A DNA stretch of 64,000 nt from Haliotis rufescens (lineage: Eukaryota): positions 6,634,001-6,698,000 of the forward strand of contig NW_025963779.1 in NCBI RefSeq assembly GCF_023055435.1, given 5' to 3'. Both the position numbers and the translations under genes were made by a program. The notes below the pieces were generated by a model. The model was given only the letters and a program-made list of their open reading frames with translations, made no database searches and had not been told where the DNA came from. This document shows, piece after piece, positions 61,320 to 64,000 of this stretch; within the stretch, counting starts at the first letter, position 1; every line of letters begins with the position of its first letter.

Positions 61320-61460
61320 GTGAGTGAGTGAGTTTGGTTTTACGCCGCTTTTAGCAATATTCACGCAATATCAAGGCGGGGATACCAGAAATGGGCTTCA
61401 CACATTGTACCAATGTCTGAAATCGAACCCGGCTCTTTTGCGGGACGAGCGAACGTTTAA
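61320..61460 (-). mobile_element. 5'-truncated SINE (family B), specific to duplication copy B
   Basis: (TGAG)n tail; flanked by GTATTA; absent at the equivalent site ~46080. Confidence 0.75.
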
Positions 61461-62004
61461 AACAGTATTAACAGTTATTCTTGCAAATGTCATTATAACA
61501 CTGTAGAAACGTGCTATTAAATTTGATTAATAGTTTTGTTGAATTTATTAAATTAAAATTTGTGACACGTTTAAAAGAGCATATAATTCGCCGAGAATAT
61601 AAACAAAGCGACTCCGCTAAGTAATTCAATTAGTGAGCATCCACACCTAACTGTAAAGGGAATAAAAAAATATTGAATGGCATGCTATTGTAAAAGTCTA
61701 GCAGAAACTAATTAGGTTTAATAGCATATCTATTTTTTTTCTTTTTGAACATAATTCATGTTACGCGGCACTGTTTATTTTCGATTCCATTAGCTGAAGA
61801 TTGATAAAACGGTTTAACAGTTTAAGGTTCAGAGAAAACGATGGGACTTCAACTTCGAGCATTATCACTGAAATCAACACATCATTATTATGGTGCAAAA
61901 AGACGTGATATATGAAGTGATATTTTGTTTCTCTTTGACTTGGTAACAGAACACATTGCAAGTTCTGTAAAATATACAAAATTACAAGATGGCCGCGGAC
62001 TTAA

Positions 62005-63937
62005 AGGGGCACTGATCTAAAGCAATTCCCCGGGACTGGTTGTTGCCTTTGTTATTGTTTTTCCCAGTGAGTACCCGGATGTATAGCAGAAATCTAGACT
62101 AGTTCGCGACCTCTGCTGCGCCATTCGTAAGCGCATTAGTCACTTTTTTGGGTAGTAAGGTCCCATTGATCAACAAAATGATCGAAATAATAAGGAAATG
62201 TAGGTATCTTTGTGGGTAGCATCGGTAATGGTGACGAAGTTTTGATAAGTCACTTGCTTGGTAAATTTGAGATTTTCGTTTACACTATTTTGTCTTGCAA
62301 CACAAAGTAAATATTTCACCTGAGCATCCCTTTTTTTTAATAGTGTGTATATTTTTTTACTGTCAAAATGTGTAACATTTTCAAATTTATTAAACGCCTA
62401 AATATTCAGTTTTTTTACAATGTGTCTGAAAAACATTTCCATCTGTATTATTATCATAACGAATTCCAAACATTTTGATGTTTTATTTTATCACCAAGAG
62501 ACTGAAAATGTTACGTTGAAAAGTACATTTCTATGTTGTTTGGCTTCTAAAACTACATAATAATCTGTTGTGATGTTTATAGGCCCTTTTGCTCGTCTTA
62601 ATCAATTTTAGTCAATCTGGACAGATTTCTCAGTCAAAATGACTGAAATATTTACACATTTTAAAAATTGCCTGAGAAAATCACATTTTACAAATTGACG
62701 GTAATATATACACGATTACAAAGGAAAAGACTCGTGAAAACAACGTCTATCGCGCATTGAAGAATTTCCAAACTGACACGTAGAGAAACAAGAACGAATC
62801 GGTTCAATGCTACAGCAAATGAAGGAAAACAATATCCCACTCGTCTGCAGCTGTACAAAGAAACTTATTGGATGTCACGTGTCGCTGTTACAATCAAATA
62901 TTTTAAAAGATATATATCGTTTCGGGATATTATAACCCGTGTTCGTTTCTCAGCTGATCACTTAGATTGTTTCAGGTGTTTCACATAGGTGTCCAGTCTC
63001 AAGGGTCGGCTGAGAAAGCCCACGTGACAATTATTTTCATAACGTCCACGGTTCCTAAATAAATCCATTGAGTGATAGATAACAATGAGCAATCAATCAA
63101 CGTATTATCAGTTAACCCTTTGAACAAATGTCTTGTTTTTACATCGGCACTTCACGCCATGACATGAGTGTATTCCCTTTGTTTGAGTAAACCTAGACAT
63201 GTAAACACTCACTTTTGACATATCCACTGTGCAAGATAACAGTGATTAATCAATCAACGTATTTTATGTTAATCCTTTGATGACTAGGAACGATCCGTTG
63301 ATTTACATAAAAAGTAAATCAACTGATCATTCATCTCTTGCTGGGCTGCCACGTGCATATTACATAACACACATTTCACCTCACTTCAAACCTGAATTTA
63401 GATTGAATAATTACCCCAGACACAATAAATGCCAAATGGGAACCTTTGTCAGGTAATCTAAGTGGTGCTACCACTAATTGTACCTGTAGTAAATTCATTA
63501 ACTGAGCATCAGGTGAATGACGACAAATACACAAGCATAGGGTTATACCAGAAAACGTGGATGACAACAAGGGAGTAGTAATCCTATTATCGACGCAATC
63601 CGAAAATGCTTTCACTGCATGGATCCTTTTTTATTATTTTAAACTATAACCATCTGGGGTATTTCCAAATGACGACATCCGATGAGCTCCGCCGTTCTTT
63701 TTGTCTGTTTGTTCAAGCTGAAGAAATTAAGTAACATGCGCCCTTTGTTAACCAATCAGTGTTCAAAAATGCGTAAAACAAATATTGCCTCCAGCCTCCA
63801 AGTTTATTTGGCTGTCCTTGCAGACGGTAGCCCAGTCTCTGGTCACGCTCAGTTGCATATCATCCGGGTACTTACGGGGAAAAAACAATAACAAAGGCAA
63901 CAACCAGTCCGGGGAATTGCGTTAGATCAGTGCCCCT
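62005..63937. mobile_element. Non-autonomous Kolobok-like DNA transposon, 1933 bp
   Basis: TTAA TSD (62001-62004, 63938-63941); ~75-bp imperfect TIRs starting AGGGGCACTGATCTAA; single TTAA at the empty paralogous site (~46657). Purine-purine termini point to Kolobok rather than piggyBac. Confidence 0.85.
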
Positions 63938-64000
63938 TTAAGTTCTATGATCTGTGGATGAAAAACAGAAACACCAAAGTTTTCATCAATCCGACAGTGG

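Larger units (their letters stand above)
55265..64000. repeat. Segmental duplication, copy B (runs off the window end)
   Basis: Collinear with 39980-46720 once the 1.9-kb TTAA insertion is removed. Confidence 0.92.

Noticed and set aside
62005-63937. piggyBac assignment because of the TTAA TSD
   Set aside because: Termini begin AGG rather than CCC/YY, which fits Kolobok better

Overview
AT-rich invertebrate genomic DNA, probably molluscan and possibly a gastropod such as abalone; this is inferred from the SINE/LINE repertoire and (ACTC)n tails. The first ~37 kb is a tandem array with a basic unit of about 4.2 kb. It carries five nearly identical, intronless genes for a secreted 247-aa apextrin-like (ApeC-domain) protein. 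Two retrotransposons interrupt the array. One is an apparently intact 6.2-kb I-group LINE (ORF1 with CCHC knuckles; ORF2 with APE-RT-RNase H; 13-bp TSD). The other is a decayed 6.9-kb BEL/Pao LTR element (680-bp LTRs, 5-bp TSD). The most striking observation is that the first 58 nt of the LINE fold into a compact HDV-like self-cleaving ribozyme whose predicted cleavage site coincides exactly with the TSD boundary. A second pseudoknot/hairpin module follows it, and this module, like the LINE 3' tail, is shared with SINE-like elements elsewhere in the window. The LINE sits in sense orientation ~70 bp past the poly(A) signal of apextrin copy 1. The right half has no intact genes. It contains two copies of a ~6.7-kb segmental duplication, each starting with an inverted relic of the apextrin promoter/5' end, plus Tc1/mariner and Penelope-like remnants, several SINE families, MITEs and a TTAA-targeting Kolobok-like non-autonomous element.
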